DNA of 64,000 bases, taken from positions 558,001 through 622,000 of the forward strand of contig JAIVFI010000003.1 in assembly GCA_025558095.1 (NCBI GenBank). The letters run 5' to 3'. The notes below the pieces were generated by a model. The model saw only the letters and a list, made by a program, of their open reading frames with translations, ran no database searches and had not been told where the DNA came from. Both the position numbers and the translations under genes were made by a program. The stretch is from Hyaloraphidium curvatum SAG 235-1 (Eukaryota > Fungi > Monoblepharomycota). Shown piece by piece: positions 1 to 13,924 of this stretch; position 1 is the stretch's first letter; each line of letters begins with the position of its first letter.

Positions 1-1457
1 GTCAAGCTCGGTATCCGGATGACGCACCTCGACCTGACCGCGCTGCGCGGCAAGCAGCAGGGGAGTCCTGCCGCGGTGGTCGCACGCGTTGAGAAGCTCC
101 TTGTCTTCCACGGCCAGAGTACGCAGCACAGAAACGGATCCCGTCAGCGCAGCGACATGGGCCAGCGTGTATCCCTCCTTGTCCGCCTTCATGAGGTCGG
201 GACGGCGCGTGAGGAGCAACTCCACCACCGGCAGGCGCTGCTGGTCAAGAGCCAGAAGCAGGGCAGTGGCGCTGAAGGAGTCGGTGGCGTCCAGCAGAGC
301 CGGCTGGACCGCAAGCAGGCACCCGCAAACTTCGACGTGTCCGCGGAGGGCCGCAACATGGAGCGCAGTCCGGCGCGTTTCATCGGTGTGCTCAGGCTTC
401 GCTCCCTTCTCGAGGAGGAAGTTGACGATGTGGAGGTGCCCGTTGCTGCACGCCTCGATGAGCGCCGTCCATCCACGACCGTCCGCCCAGTTCACGTGCT
501 CCGACTGCGGGTAGTGGTGGAGCAGCGACTTGACGCAGCTGCAAAGCCGCGTAAGTTGGTGCGCTGCACCATGGGCAATCGAACTCACTCCAGGTGACCG
601 TTGCGAGCCGCGAGCTGAAGAGCCGAAAACTTGGAGCGGTTGGTGGGGATGTACCTCGAGCCCGAGTCCAGGAGCAAGTCAACGACTAGCAAACGGCAGC
701 TTCAGTCTTTGTCCTAACCGAGGGTCGCTTTAAGGGCCCACCAGGGGTGCTCCCGAAGCATGATGCGTGCATGAGCGGAGTGAGTCCATCCTGGTCTTCC
801 ACGTCGACATTTGCTCCACGGTCGAGAAGCAGAGTAACGGCTGAAGCACAGGTCAGAAGATGCAATGGGGACGTCCGCGCGACTCACTCGAGAGCTTTCC
901 ACCGATGGCTGCCCAGATGAGGGCATTCTTCCCCTTCCCGTCTACGGTTTTCAGGTTGGCCTTGTTGTTGAGGAGCAGGCGGATCATGTCGTCGCGTCCT
1001 GGGAGAAACAGTGTCATTGGGTGTTGTTTCCATCCCTCTCCATCCGGCGCCCACCTTCTTGCGCGGCAAACATGAGTGCGGTGTGGTGGAGCTATAGATG
1101 GGTCCGTCAGTCCGACAGCTGGGAGTCCGACCGGGAAATCCGACCCACAGTGTCAATCTCGCAGTCGGCCGACATGCCCTTCTCAATGAGGTGGGCCAGC
1201 GCGTGCAGGTCGGCCCTCTGCGTGGCCGCGCACCATTGCTGCACTTCGGGCGATGCCTCCTCAAAGACGCCAATGGAAGCCGCATCGATCTTGTGGCGCT
1301 TGGCCGGCGGGTCGACTGCCGGGCGGGGTCCTGTCGGGGCCTGCACAACCGGCGACAGTGGGCTAGACGGCGCGCTGTCCTTGCCGCTGCCGGGAGCTCC
1401 GCCGAGCTTGGCGCCCTTGTGCATGCGCAGCGAGCCGAAGCCCAACGCGCTCTTCAT
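1..1457 (-). CDS. Ankyrin-repeat protein, multi-exon, continues off the left edge of the window
   Basis: Minus-strand exons give repeated ankyrin motifs: GKNALIWAA, GLTPLMHA, GWTALIEACSNGHLHIVNFLL, RRTALHVAALRGHVEV, GRTPLLLAAQRG. Likely start MKSALG at 1457. Confidence 0.85.
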
Positions 1458-1717
1458 CGCGAGGACTGTTTGGGGGCTCTGTTTACGTTGGTGGGGAGCG
1501 GCGGCGTCAGGAGCTGCCGCGCGAGCGCGCGGGCAAGAACGCCCGGGACGCCACGTGCCTACACACGATGTCTTCGATCGTCGTGGGTTTGAGTGGCACA
1601 GGTCTCGCGATGGGGCGCAGGAGCAATGGGATTCGAGGTGCGAGTGCTGGGTGGCTGACGTGCGCCAAACGGGGTCCATGCGGTCCAGGACCTAGGCGAG
1701 ATTCCGCGGCAGTCGCA

Positions 1718-3280
1718 ATGCTGTCGCTCCTCAGAAACCCAGGATCCCTCTTCGGCATTGCTTGTGCCCTGTTTCTTCTCTTGGGATCCTCGGTCGTCTC
1801 CGCATCCTCGCGCCGTGTACCGCGAAATGGGAACCTCCGCTCCTACGGCAAAGACGGGGCGGTTCCGGCCTTCGCATCGCCGCGTCGGGTACCGCGAAAC
1901 GGCCAGGAAAGCAACCTCCGTTCACACGGCATCGATGAACCAGTGTCGATGTTCCGTCGGCAGAACGGAACGGCGATTCAATGCCAGCTCGAGCTGTTCA
2001 CGCAACTAATCGGCACCTTCTCCCTCGCCGATGGGACTGCAGTGTGGACGGGCTGGATCTCCATGCTCTGCAACGCCAACGTGACCGTGTGGGATTCGGT
2101 CGAGCTCCTGAACCTCGAAACGGAGTTCGGACCTCTCGTCACCAACAGACAAGCTGGCATAGTAGATCCGCCGGCCGCCCTGGGGCCGGGGTTCACCTTC
2201 TTCAGCACGGCAAAGATCCGTGTGCCGATTCTAGTCGACTCCGACTTGACGTATTACCCGTACGATCGCGTTTGGGTCCCGATCACGATGGAGGCGCTGG
2301 AGGAAACATCGGCGCTGCGCGTGTCGTTCCCCCAAGAGAACGCCATCATTGCCGATACTGACTTTGCGACCGACGACGAGTTCACTCTGTACTCAACGCG
2401 GGCCATCGTCGTCACGGAGACCATCGATTACCAGTTCCGGTATCTGGGAGGCCGCAATGCAACCTACGACCGCATCACCGTCGTCTACTCATTCTATCGG
2501 TCAGACTACGTCAATTGGATACAAGCAATGCTTCCTACGTTCCTGTCTTTCGTGCTGAGCATGGGTGCGCTCTTCCTGAGCGTCGTCGTCGATTTCGAAG
2601 CTCGGATGGGTATTTTGGGCGCAAGCGTCTTCGTCGTCGTGCTCAACATCAACGTGCTGAACGCTTTCTTGGGCTTCCCGAGTGTCATGACCACCGGTGA
2701 CCTGATCAATCTTGTGACAATGTCAATCATCGGGCTGGTCATCGTGGAAACCATCTGGGAAAGGTGGCTTCAGTTGCGCTTCGAAGAGCTGAAGGAGGCC
2801 GAAGAGAAACGCCTCGAGGAACTGGAAGAGGTCGAGAACCGGAAGCTGGACGCGCAAGAACTGGCAATGGCAATCTCGAAGACCATTGCCGAGCTGGACG
2901 ATGACGGAGATCAAGGCGGGCTGCGAAGGAGATCCGCGGACCCTGCGCAGAAAAGCGATGGAGTGGCCGCCGCAGGAGTGATGCTTGAGGTCCCCAAAAC
3001 CGAGGCGCCGCTGTCTGCACCGAGGCAAACGACAGGAACGCCTCTGGTTTCGCCTACGAATCGGACTGCCACGGCCACCCCTGCACGAAAGACGTCCAAG
3101 GGGTGCTGCAACCTCATCCCGAACATGGAGAACGTGCCACTCGATAAGTACGAACAGGCCCTGCTTCACCTCAGTCTGGCCACGTTCGTCTTTTTCATGG
3201 TGGCATATATTGCGATCAACATAGGGCTTTTGGTGGGATACCGACCTTCGCCCTGCTACGAGGACGAGATTTGTCGTTGA
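1718..3280 (+). CDS. Cys-less pentameric ligand-gated ion channel subunit (Pro-loop/GLIC-ELIC-like), intronless
   Basis: Signal peptide. Pro-loop motif DLTYYPYD. Pre-M1 YDRITVVYSFYR. M1 with conserved Pro (AMLPTFLSFVLS), M2 (FEARMGILGASVFVVVLN), M2-M3 loop (FPSVMTTGD), M3, long cytoplasmic loop, C-terminal M4. Confidence 0.8.
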   Translation: MLSLLRNPGSLFGIACALFLLLGSSVVSASSRRVPRNGNLRSYGKDGAVPAFASPRRVPRNGQESNLRSHGIDEPVSMFRRQNGTAIQCQLELFTQLIGTFSLADGTAVWTGWISMLCNANVTVWDSVELLNLETEFGPLVTNRQAGIVDPPAALGPGFTFFSTAKIRVPILVDSDLTYYPYDRVWVPITMEALEETSALRVSFPQENAIIADTDFATDDEFTLYSTRAIVVTETIDYQFRYLGGRNATYDRITVVYSFYRSDYVNWIQAMLPTFLSFVLSMGALFLSVVVDFEARMGILGASVFVVVLNINVLNAFLGFPSVMTTGDLINLVTMSIIGLVIVETIWERWLQLRFEELKEAEEKRLEELEEVENRKLDAQELAMAISKTIAELDDDGDQGGLRRRSADPAQKSDGVAAAGVMLEVPKTEAPLSAPRQTTGTPLVSPTNRTATATPARKTSKGCCNLIPNMENVPLDKYEQALLHLSLATFVFFMVAYIAINIGLLVGYRPSPCYEDEICR

Positions 3281-3315
3281 AACCAGTGGCATCTGGGTTT
3301 AATTCACGCATGCAA

Positions 3316-5968
3316 CTAAGTCTTGAGCCCAGCCAGAGCCTCTGAGAGCCTGTCGTACATTGCGGTGCCCTCCCAATTGTTCTTGGCCCTGCCCAGCGTA
3401 GTCCGCAGCACCATGCGCGCCTGGTACGCCCAATCCTTCACCGCTGGTTCTTCTTTCCCGTCTGCGGTCACTGTCCGAGGGCCCAACGTGCGCAAGGCAT
3501 TCGCATAATCGAGCACGGCGTTTGCCAGCTCGGAGAAGCCTTCCTCCGAGCTCTCGGCGGCAGCTCCGGCGGCCAGCGTCCGATACGCCTTTTGGTAGCA
3601 CTCGATGGCCTGGCGAGGTGCATCTTGCGCTGCCCGAAACTTGCCAAACGCCGTCCAGACCGCAGCCACGCCGGCGACCTTGTCCGTGATCGACTCGAAC
3701 GCTTCCGCCATCCTCTTTGCGAGGAAAGCCGAGTCATCCGTCTTCCCATCCAGCTGCTGGATGACCTTGTCCGTCAAGATCCCGAGGACTTCCTTGTCGA
3801 CGCTTTCGCCCCCGTCCTTCTGCCATCGGAGCTCAACGATCCGTTCCAAAGCCTTCACGGCCTCCTTGAGCTGGTTCAGATCGGTGGCGACGTATAAATA
3901 GTTCTGCCAGATCTTCCAGTTCTCGTAGTCCTGCTTCAGCGCCTGCTGCAGAGCGACGTAGGCATCCTGTGCCTTCCTCTGGCGGATGTGGACAGCGGCA
4001 AGGTTCGTCCACGCTTCCGCATTCTCGTGGTTCAGCGACACGACACGCGTGAAGGCCATAGAGGCGGTGTCAAAGTCCTCCACTTGCAGTGCCGCGCAAC
4101 CCAGGATGAACCAGGAGTTCTCAAAGAGCGGGTTGATGGCCAGCGCTTTGCTGTAGCAATCCATGCTCTGCCGCCACTCGTTCCGTTTGAACCAGTAGCG
4201 GCCCAGGGACCGCATGGCCCGGGAAAAGCGCCGGTTCGCGGCCTCCGAGATCTCCCAGGCATGTTCCCAGTGCCTCGGGTCTCCCGTGACGTCGCCCAGA
4301 AGGCACCACAGCTTCGGGCTGTTTGGCGAGACCTCGAGCCGCTTCCGTATCAGCTCCTCGGCCTTCTTCGCCTTCTCCAGCATTTGGTAGCACTCGATTG
4401 CATCTTCCCACAGATGCAGGCGCTCGAAGATTTCCAGCGCCGAAACCGCCATGCCCAGGCCCATCCACCTTTCCCCAACTTCCCTCTCGAGCTGCCAGAT
4501 CGGGGGCATGTCAACGGACCAGATCAATGCCAGGCGCTCCGCAGCGGTAGCCGGGGCGGCGGTGGTTCCTGACGAAGCAAGGGTATAGTACTGGTCGACG
4601 AGCGCTTGGAGCTGCAGTATGGAACGCTCGACCGTGCGCGACTTTGTGGATTCGAGCCGCGATCGCAAGATCAACGCCATGGTGTAGATCGAAAAGTTCC
4701 TGTTGGGATCGTCCAGGATCCGACTGACGTAGGCCAGCATTTCCTCCTGCGTCAAACCATGCGCCGGGTTTGTGTTGCGCACGTTCAAGCTGGGCCCAAG
4801 AATCAGGTTTCGACCGCCTCCCTTGAAGGTGCGGAAACTCACCAGTGAGCAAGCAAGATTCCTTGATCGACAGTTCGCAGCGGCTTGGTCTTGGAGCCGT
4901 CGGCGAACTTGATGGACTCGAGCAACAAGTCGTCGTTCAACATAAGGCTGCTTGGGGCCCCATTGCCGTTGGCTGCGCCGGTTACCGCGTCGGAAGCCAC
5001 ACGACTCTCCGCTACGACGATCAGCTGCGCCTTGTCTTGTTGCTGAAATCGTGTCCGCTTTCCCAGGGCTCCGCTCAACAGCCAATGGAGCCCGGACGCC
5101 TGCTGAGCTTTCTCGAGCATGGCCTGCGCAGAAGCTGACATAAGCAGAGCCCTAACGGAAGTCGCCAAGTCATCGCACCTTGGCGCGCTGGTCCTGCTTG
5201 TGGTAATGGTAAACCAGGCCGTACTCGAGAAAGAAGAAAGCGCGGAGATCCGATTCGTCTGAAAGGCCTTCCAAAGCCGCTTCCATTTCCTCCATCGACT
5301 CCAGCGTCTCCTCAAACAGAGTAGCAGCAGGGTTGTCCAGGATTCGTTGCTGGACGAACAGGGCCCGAGCCCTCCACCACGCCAAGGAGCGCGGGGCGCC
5401 TAGCGACTGGTCCGCAAACGCTTTCTTCAGTCCCGAAAAGATGCCAAGAGCCAGAACGAGAAGCGTGAGGCCCCTTGTGAGGCCGTAAGCTTCTTCATTG
5501 TCGGCGGAAAGAGCTTCCAAGAGCAGCTTCGCGGGCAAGCCGGACGCCAACTCGGTCCCGTAAGCGACGCTCCCAAAGATCACATCATCGCTCCATTGAG
5601 TCGGGGAAGGCCCGGTCCAGTTGTGCTGCACAAACAGCTTCAACGCGGCGATCCCGACGCAAAGGAACGACAACGCTTTGTCCGGCGACGCAGCGGAGCC
5701 GGCTAGGGCTTCCGATACGGTGCTTGCCAGCAATGCTACGGGATCTAGGGTACTGTGTTATGATAGATTAAAGCAAGGAACGGAACCGCCCACCTCTGGA
5801 CTCGGCGGACGAGATCCGGGGCAAGAGGTTGCCGAAGAGACTTTCGGCGTCGCTCCCACGCAAAACCTCCGAGTACTGGCCTTTCAGGACATCTCTGACA
5901 GGCAAAGGAATGCTCTCTAAATTCTCTTCTGGCTTCGGTACGGCCCCGAGGAGGAGTAGAGCTTCCAT
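3316..5968 (-). CDS. EMW1: TPR protein, TTC27/Emw1 homolog, multi-exon
   Basis: SGALGKRTRFQQ, RSRLESTKSRTVERSILQLQALV, SALEIFERLHLWE and TPR repeats. Confidence 0.9.
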
Positions 5969-6035
5969 GTCGGTTGTTGTCGATTGTTGTCGATCCTCTC
6001 CGATCGGACGGTTGACCCAGTTCGCCGCCCGCGGA

Positions 6036-7269
6036 ATGTCCGACGACGCGGTGCGCAGCACGAACGACGATGCGCTCGCTGCCAAATGGTGCGTCCAGGT
6101 TGCCTTTTCATGCGGGGTTCAGACGGCCCTTGCTCAATTCTGCACTGCGACAAGCTCCGCGGTGGACTGCGGCTACTTCCACGACCCGTTCGTCGGCCTG
6201 TTTCTCCGTCGAAAGCAAAGAAGGGCCCCGATCATCAACAGAGGTGGATTGCTGTGGCTTGGCCGGCGACGTGGAATGGCTTCGACCCTAGAACGCAGGA
6301 TCGTATATTCGGTTCGCTGCTGTCAGCGCCCTGATCGAGCAGTTTCTCGAACGGACGAAGGGTGCCCACCGACGGCAAATCCTTTCCATCGGAGCGGGTT
6401 CCGACACCCGGTACTGGCTCCTGAAGTCTCGGGGGCTGGGATCGAATCTGTCATACTATGAAGTGGACTTTCCCGAGATTACCACCCAGAAGCTCGGGGT
6501 GGTACGCCGACACGCCGCTCTCAATGAGAGCATCGAGGGCCCCGAATACCGTAGGACCTTGTGGCCTCTGTTACCTGTCACCTTGAGCCTTACGTACTGT
6601 CCCCGGATGTCGGCAGTCAAAGGCGGCACCGGCCTCAAATCCGCGGATTACGTTCTGTGCGGAGCAGATCTGCGCTCATTTGACACTAAAGTGCTGCCTA
6701 TGCTATCCCAGCAGGGGTTCTCCGCCCACGAGCCGACGCTCGTCTTGGCGGAATGCGTCCTGGTGTACCTTGAACCCTCGGTGTCGACGATCATCGTGCG
6801 ATCCTTGGCAAATATGCTGTCTGAAGCCGTCATGGTCTGCTACGATCCGATACTACCTCACGACGCTTTTGGAAAGATGATGGTGTCGAATCTGAAGGCG
6901 AGGGGCCTCGAGCTGCCGGGCTTCGAAGGCTTCGGAGGCACTGAGGCTCACAAGCGACGATTTCTGGACAATGGATGGACGTATGCCACAGCGATGGACA
7001 TGGAGCAGGTGTACTACCGATGGGTTGCAGAAGACGAGAAGTCAAGGTGCGGGTGCATTGTGCCTCTCCTTCTTCTTCGCAGCTCACGCGGCCTCCCCAG
7101 GATTTCGCGGCTGGAAAAGATGGACGAAGTCGAGGAGTGGCTCTTGCTATCCAAGCACTATGCCCTCTCATGGGGGACGGTCGCGAAAGATGGAAGCAAC
7201 AGACTCGACGTGTTCGCGGCGGAGATGGGGAACATCGTACCATCCCAATTGACGGCAACGACTCCTTAG
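6036..7269 (+). CDS. PPM1: Leucine carboxyl methyltransferase 1, multi-exon
   Basis: VRSTNDDA, PIINRG, QILSIGAGSDTR, EVDFP, PTLVLAECVLVY, DAFGKMM, DEVEEW..LSKHY. Confidence 0.9.
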
Positions 7270-7297
7270 ATGCTCTCAAAATCCACCACGATCCCCA

Positions 7298-8083
7298 TCA
7301 GCGCCGCTTCTTGGCCTTGCCCCGTCCCCGGATGGGCAGTTTGCCGCGTTTGGCGCGCTCAGCCTGCAGCGCTTCAAACCGCTGCTTGTATTTCTTCCGC
7401 GCCTCCACGTCGGCCAGCAGTTCGTCCACGAGCGTCTTGTCGCGGTCCCGCTTGGGCACCCGGGCCGAGTAGTACTCCCCGGCACCCTCGATTAGCGTCC
7501 CGACCTGGAAGAACTTGGGCGCCTCGCCGCCCTTCTTCCCCGGTCGTTTGTAGTGACGCTTCGGGTCGATTACGTGCCGCATGTTGAGGATTTGCAGGTG
7601 CTGCTTTATCTCGGGCGTCATCTCCTGCGCGGGGAGGTCAAACCACTTTGGTCCCGAGGTGGCCTGCTTGCCTTAATTAGTTTCCAGCAAGTCCTGTCGA
7701 GAACGGCCTCCTACCGGTGCCTGGGCTCCTTTCTTTCCTCCTTTGCCCGTCGACTCTTCCCTGGGAGCTTTTGCCTGCCGCAGTGCGTCCGCTCTGACCG
7801 CGGCGGAAGGAGGCTCCAGACCGCCCGTCACTGGGCCTTCCCGTCGCTTCATCTTCTTCTTTCCGGATTCAGACTCGGTCTCGTTTTCTTCATTCTTCCT
7901 TAGAAGCGTCGTTATTGGTGCGGCGGAAGGTGGCCTGCGGTCGGCACCGAAGTAGTTCCGTGAGCCCAGGCAGCCCAGAAAGCAAACAAGCACCGACTCG
8001 CTGCTGCTTGCTGTAGTTCTTTTGCGCTTCAGAGACTGCGTCGCGGCCTCCAGGAGGCTGTCTAGCAGCTCGTCGTCCGACAT
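7298..8083 (-). CDS. FCF2: Fcf2/DNTTIP2 pre-rRNA processing protein, multi-exon
   Basis: GPKWFDLP, LQILNMRHVIDPKRHYK, PKFFQVGTLIE, TLVDELLAD. Confidence 0.9.
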
Positions 8084-8161
8084 CGCAATCGCAATGTTTG
8101 GGATTGTTGACGCCGACGACATGATCGAGTGATCAGGCGGCGGTTCCCACCACGTCACCCA

Positions 8162-9187
8162 ATGGCCTCCACCGACACCGGCCATACCGAGCTTCCGTCC
8201 GCCTCGCAGGGCTCGCAGCTCGCGGCAGGATTGGCCGTGGACCGGGCCGAAGAAGCAGCGGCCGACCGGCTCGCTCGAGTCCTCGGAGATCAAGAGCCCG
8301 CCGTTCCGCCTCAGGGGGAACACAAGGGCGGTCGCATATCCCTTCCGCCGCCGGCGACGGCTTCGACAACCGCCGTCGGTGGTGTTTACGACAAGAACGA
8401 GGAGACAGCAGCCCGCCACATGGAACAGGCGCTGTCCATTGCGCAGGGACCGCCTGCGACTCCGGAGAGACCTCCCCCGCGTGATCGGGACCTTGGAACG
8501 AAGAGTTTGTGACGTGCTGACACCTTCTCGTCCATCTGCTCATTCTGCCGACCAGGTAACACTCTGTCCGCGGAGGCGACTATTGCGCCCCACCGCAACA
8601 CGGTCTCTGATGCCTTTAAGGACGTGGAGTCGCGTCTGTCCAAGATCCCGTGGATGAACGTGAGAGGAATGCATAGCTCCTCAGACTGAGCATTACACAC
8701 CATGTTCTCAGACACTGGAGACACGCACTGGAATGGCCAAGAGCTTGATCGCCACGATCCTCTCCTCCCTTCTCCTGTTCACCCTCTTCACCGGGATGTG
8801 AGTACCGATCGGCGGTCGACGCTGCACATTAAAGCCTAAGACGTCCCTGCATTAAGCGCCATCCGACCGCTCACGGTCGCCTTTGCGCTCGCGTACCCCA
8901 CCTACCGTGTGATCGATCTCGCGCAGCGCCATCAGCTGGAGCGCGAGTGGCCGCAGTGGCTCACGTAAGAGGGCCGGCTCTTGTCGCTGCGACGAGAACT
9001 AACGACGAGGCCTAGGTACTTTGCCATCGTCGCTCTCATCAACGCGGCCGATTCATTTGCACGCCCTCTGCTGCTTTTCGTCCTGCCCTCGTTCGATCTC
9101 ATCCGCTTGGTTGTCATTGGCTGGATGGGCGCACTCCCCGGAAATAACGGAGCTGCGACTCTTTTCAACAACATCCAAGAGCGGTAG
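8162..9187 (+). CDS. TB2/DP1/HVA22 (Yop1/REEP) family ER-shaping protein with N-terminal extension, multi-exon
   Basis: Spliced exons give AFALAYPTYRVI...QWLT|YFAIVAL...WMGALPGNNGAATLF. Confidence 0.7.
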
Positions 9188-9263
9188 CAATCCTGAGCGA
9201 GGCTCAAGAATGAGCGACAAAGAGGGTCTTGAGATGAACAGCATGTACATTCCAAACTTGTCT

Positions 9264-11345
<2,082 letters not shown>

Positions 11346-11496
11346 GGGGTTGCGCAGTTTCAGCTGCTTTTAGAGAGATTTCCGGGACGTTGTCAGTCTC
11401 CTGCTCCACTCGGCAACCTCACAGCAAACTCGATTTGGGGTCCTGGTCATTTGCGGCCACGAGGTCGTGCTTCTACTTTAAGCATTCGCCCGGCTA

Positions 11497-11690
11497 ATGG
11501 CCGTGCAGACCGACGAGTCGGCCGAAGCTCTTCTGAAGCCTGTTGAAGCTGCTACTCCTACACCCGTACCTGCCCCCGCCCCCGTCGCCGGAGCAATGAC
11601 CAACAATGCCGCGCCGGCGACGGTTCCTGGCGGATTCTTGCAATCCGTGACCGATAGCACCTCCACGGCGGTCAGCGGCATGCTATCCTT
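11497..11690 (+). pseudogene. Truncated, diverged copy of the PRA1/YIP3 5' end
   Basis: MAVQTDESAEALLKP...MTNNAAPATVPGGFLQSV aligns with MAVQTEGPAEPLLKP...MTNSAAAATIPGGFLQSV at 17932. Similarity stops at about 11690, before the PRA1 domain. Confidence 0.8.
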
Positions 11691-12075
11691 CCCATCTGCG
11701 CCGGCCCCGATGCGCGCCGCTTCGCCAAGGGGCCGGGCTGGGGAGCGCTCGCCGCGCTGCTGAGCGGCTTCGGCATGACCGTGGCCTTTGTCGAGACCTG
11801 GAGGCAGGGCATGGCGAACCTGGCCAGCATCGGACAGATACCGGGGATCGTGCTGGACGGCCAGCAGTTCCAGTACGCCGGCGGGCTCGGGGCAGCCATC
11901 GCTGCTATCCCGACCTCGGCGTTCGGCGTGCAGCTGGAGCTCTGGCGCGGGTTTCAGGTGCCGGGGAAGAAGAGGCGGGGAACGAGGACGGGCTCTACGA
12001 CTGGATGGACTAGCGAGCCGGCGGCATGGTGCGCGGTTCTCGATGTTGTCAGAGACAATTGGTTGGTCGATTGTG

Positions 12076-13924
12076 CTACATACTGCATCTCTCCCTGATT
12101 CTTTGTTTTACAGCGGTCTCCCGTAGTCGTCCTTCTCTTTCTCTGTTCCTGTCCCTCCTCTCTTCCCCATCTCGGTGCTCACACCAGCGCTGGCGCTGCT
12201 GGCGCTCTTTCTCGCCAACAGCGGCCGCATGCGGCGCGTGTAACCCCCCAATCCCCTGGCTCCTCTCCCTTGCAGCTTCCCCGACCGACCGCATCGCCGC
12301 CACGGGTTCCCTCCCGTCTTCCTCTCTGGCCTGGGCCAAGGTGCCCTAGGCCACCGACATGATCGAGGCGAGGCATCCTCAGCGGTACGTTCCCGAGCTG
12401 CGCGGCGTACTCGGGGCGCGGTTCGGCGCGGGAGGGATCTGGGCCAGCCTCGAGTCGTTGGACGAGAGCTGGCCGCCGGTCGAGGAGCGGAAAGCTGTGG
12501 TCGGCAGGGTGGGTGAGGTGGCGGTCTGGAATGCGACGCGGGTGGGCTTTCTGTTTGCTCTAATCTCTCTATACGGTCTGTCTCTCTGCGGTTCTCCATT
12601 CTTCTACCGTCTCCCGCCCTCCCTCCTTCTCGTCTCCTCCCTGTCCTTCTGAGCTTGCTGCTCAGACTTCCTCCGCCGCTGCTGGCGCTCGTGCTCGGCC
12701 ACGGCAGCCGCGTACTCGCCTCCCTCGGCCCTCTGGCCCATCCACCTCTCCCCGAGAACCTCCTCCACCGCCCGCGCCATCCCCATCGCGAGCGCCCCCT
12801 CCGCCGTGTTTTCCTGGCCGATGGCACCGTCTGCCGCCGACGTCAGCTCGGCCAGAGCTCGTACCAGCTTGCGCACGGGCACGCCCTGGAGACGTGGCAC
12901 GAGCGCGTCGGCGGTGCGGCGCACGAAGGCACCGACGGTGCCTCCGACGGCGGATCCGATGGCGTCGCGGGGAGAGATGCGGGAAGATTCGACTGCGGGG
13001 ATCCGGCCATCGAGGGGAACGGCGAGGAGCTCGGGGAGCAGGAAGCGGCGCTTGATCGCCCTCTCGATCTGAAAAGACGGACCCTAAGCATCAGAGAGCC
13101 ACACGGTCTTGACCACCAATCCTCACCTCGTCCGGCAGATCCTTTTCGGTGTGCACTCCATCCTCGGCGTCGGGTGCAAAGCGCTCGAGCTGCTCGCGCA
13201 GCGCCTGCGCCTCCGCCAGCCTTGTTGCCTCCCGCTCTGCCGCAAACCGATCCGCGTCCTCCTCGTTCTTCCTCTGCCAGTCCTCCACGTGGCGGTCGTG
13301 ATGGTGCAGGCGCCTCCGTTCCATCGGTCTCTGCCCCTGCTCCGCGAGAACGAGCTCCTGTTGCCGATCGATCGCCTCCTTCTCCCCCTTCGCCATCCTT
13401 TTCTCTTCGCGCTCCCTCCGCCCAGGATTTTTGGCTTCACTCTTTTTGCGCCTCCCTTCATCGGGCCCCGGCACGATCCCCGACGCCGCCTCGGGTGCGG
13501 GTGCGGGAGGCGCAGGGGGCGGCGAGGGCGGAAGGCGGGAAAGCGGCACCGCGGGAGGCGGAAGAGGACGACGAGCGCGCGGTAGGGCCGGCGGAGGAGG
13601 AGCGAGAGTACCGAGGGGCACGAATTGGGGGTTGCAGTCCGAGGGCGCGGAGGTAAACGCGTCGAGGGCGGGTCGCGCGACGGTGAGGTCGAACTCCTCC
13701 TCTGCACGCGATCGCCACCCGTGCGCCATGTGCGGAAGCCAGTCTGCGCTCGCGCCGTCCCACGGCTCGGCGAGCCTGGTCCACGGGCCGCCGTCGAGGG
13801 CGAGCCGCCAGACGGAGCCGTCGGGCCGCACCAGGCACCACCCGCTGTCCAGGCCGGGCAGGCCGGGCAGGCCGCGGACGTACGCGCACCCCACGGCGTC
13901 GCCAGGCAGCGTCGAGCGGTCCAT
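12076..13924 (-). pseudogene. Orphan Pro-rich/coiled-coil gene, probably decaying at its 3' end
   Basis: ORF from 13924 splices via GTGAGG..TTTCAG (about 13126-13069) into the 12604-12924 frame. Past the TAG at 12604 the frame continues through further stops into a repeat of AAAV.E.ERQQR.R. Confidence 0.45.

Noticed and set aside
1-1457. Ankyrin protein as Pho81, completing a PHO cluster
   Set aside because: No N-terminal SPX domain, and it is ~37 kb from the cyclin.
1568-1717. Upstream ATG for the ion channel ORF
   Set aside because: The signal peptide begins at ATG 1718; the extension lies in the divergent promoter.
12340-12610. In-frame stops in the orphan gene as further Sec recoding
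   Set aside because: The stops include TAG, there is no selenoprotein homology, and no SECIS was seen. Decay is the simpler explanation.
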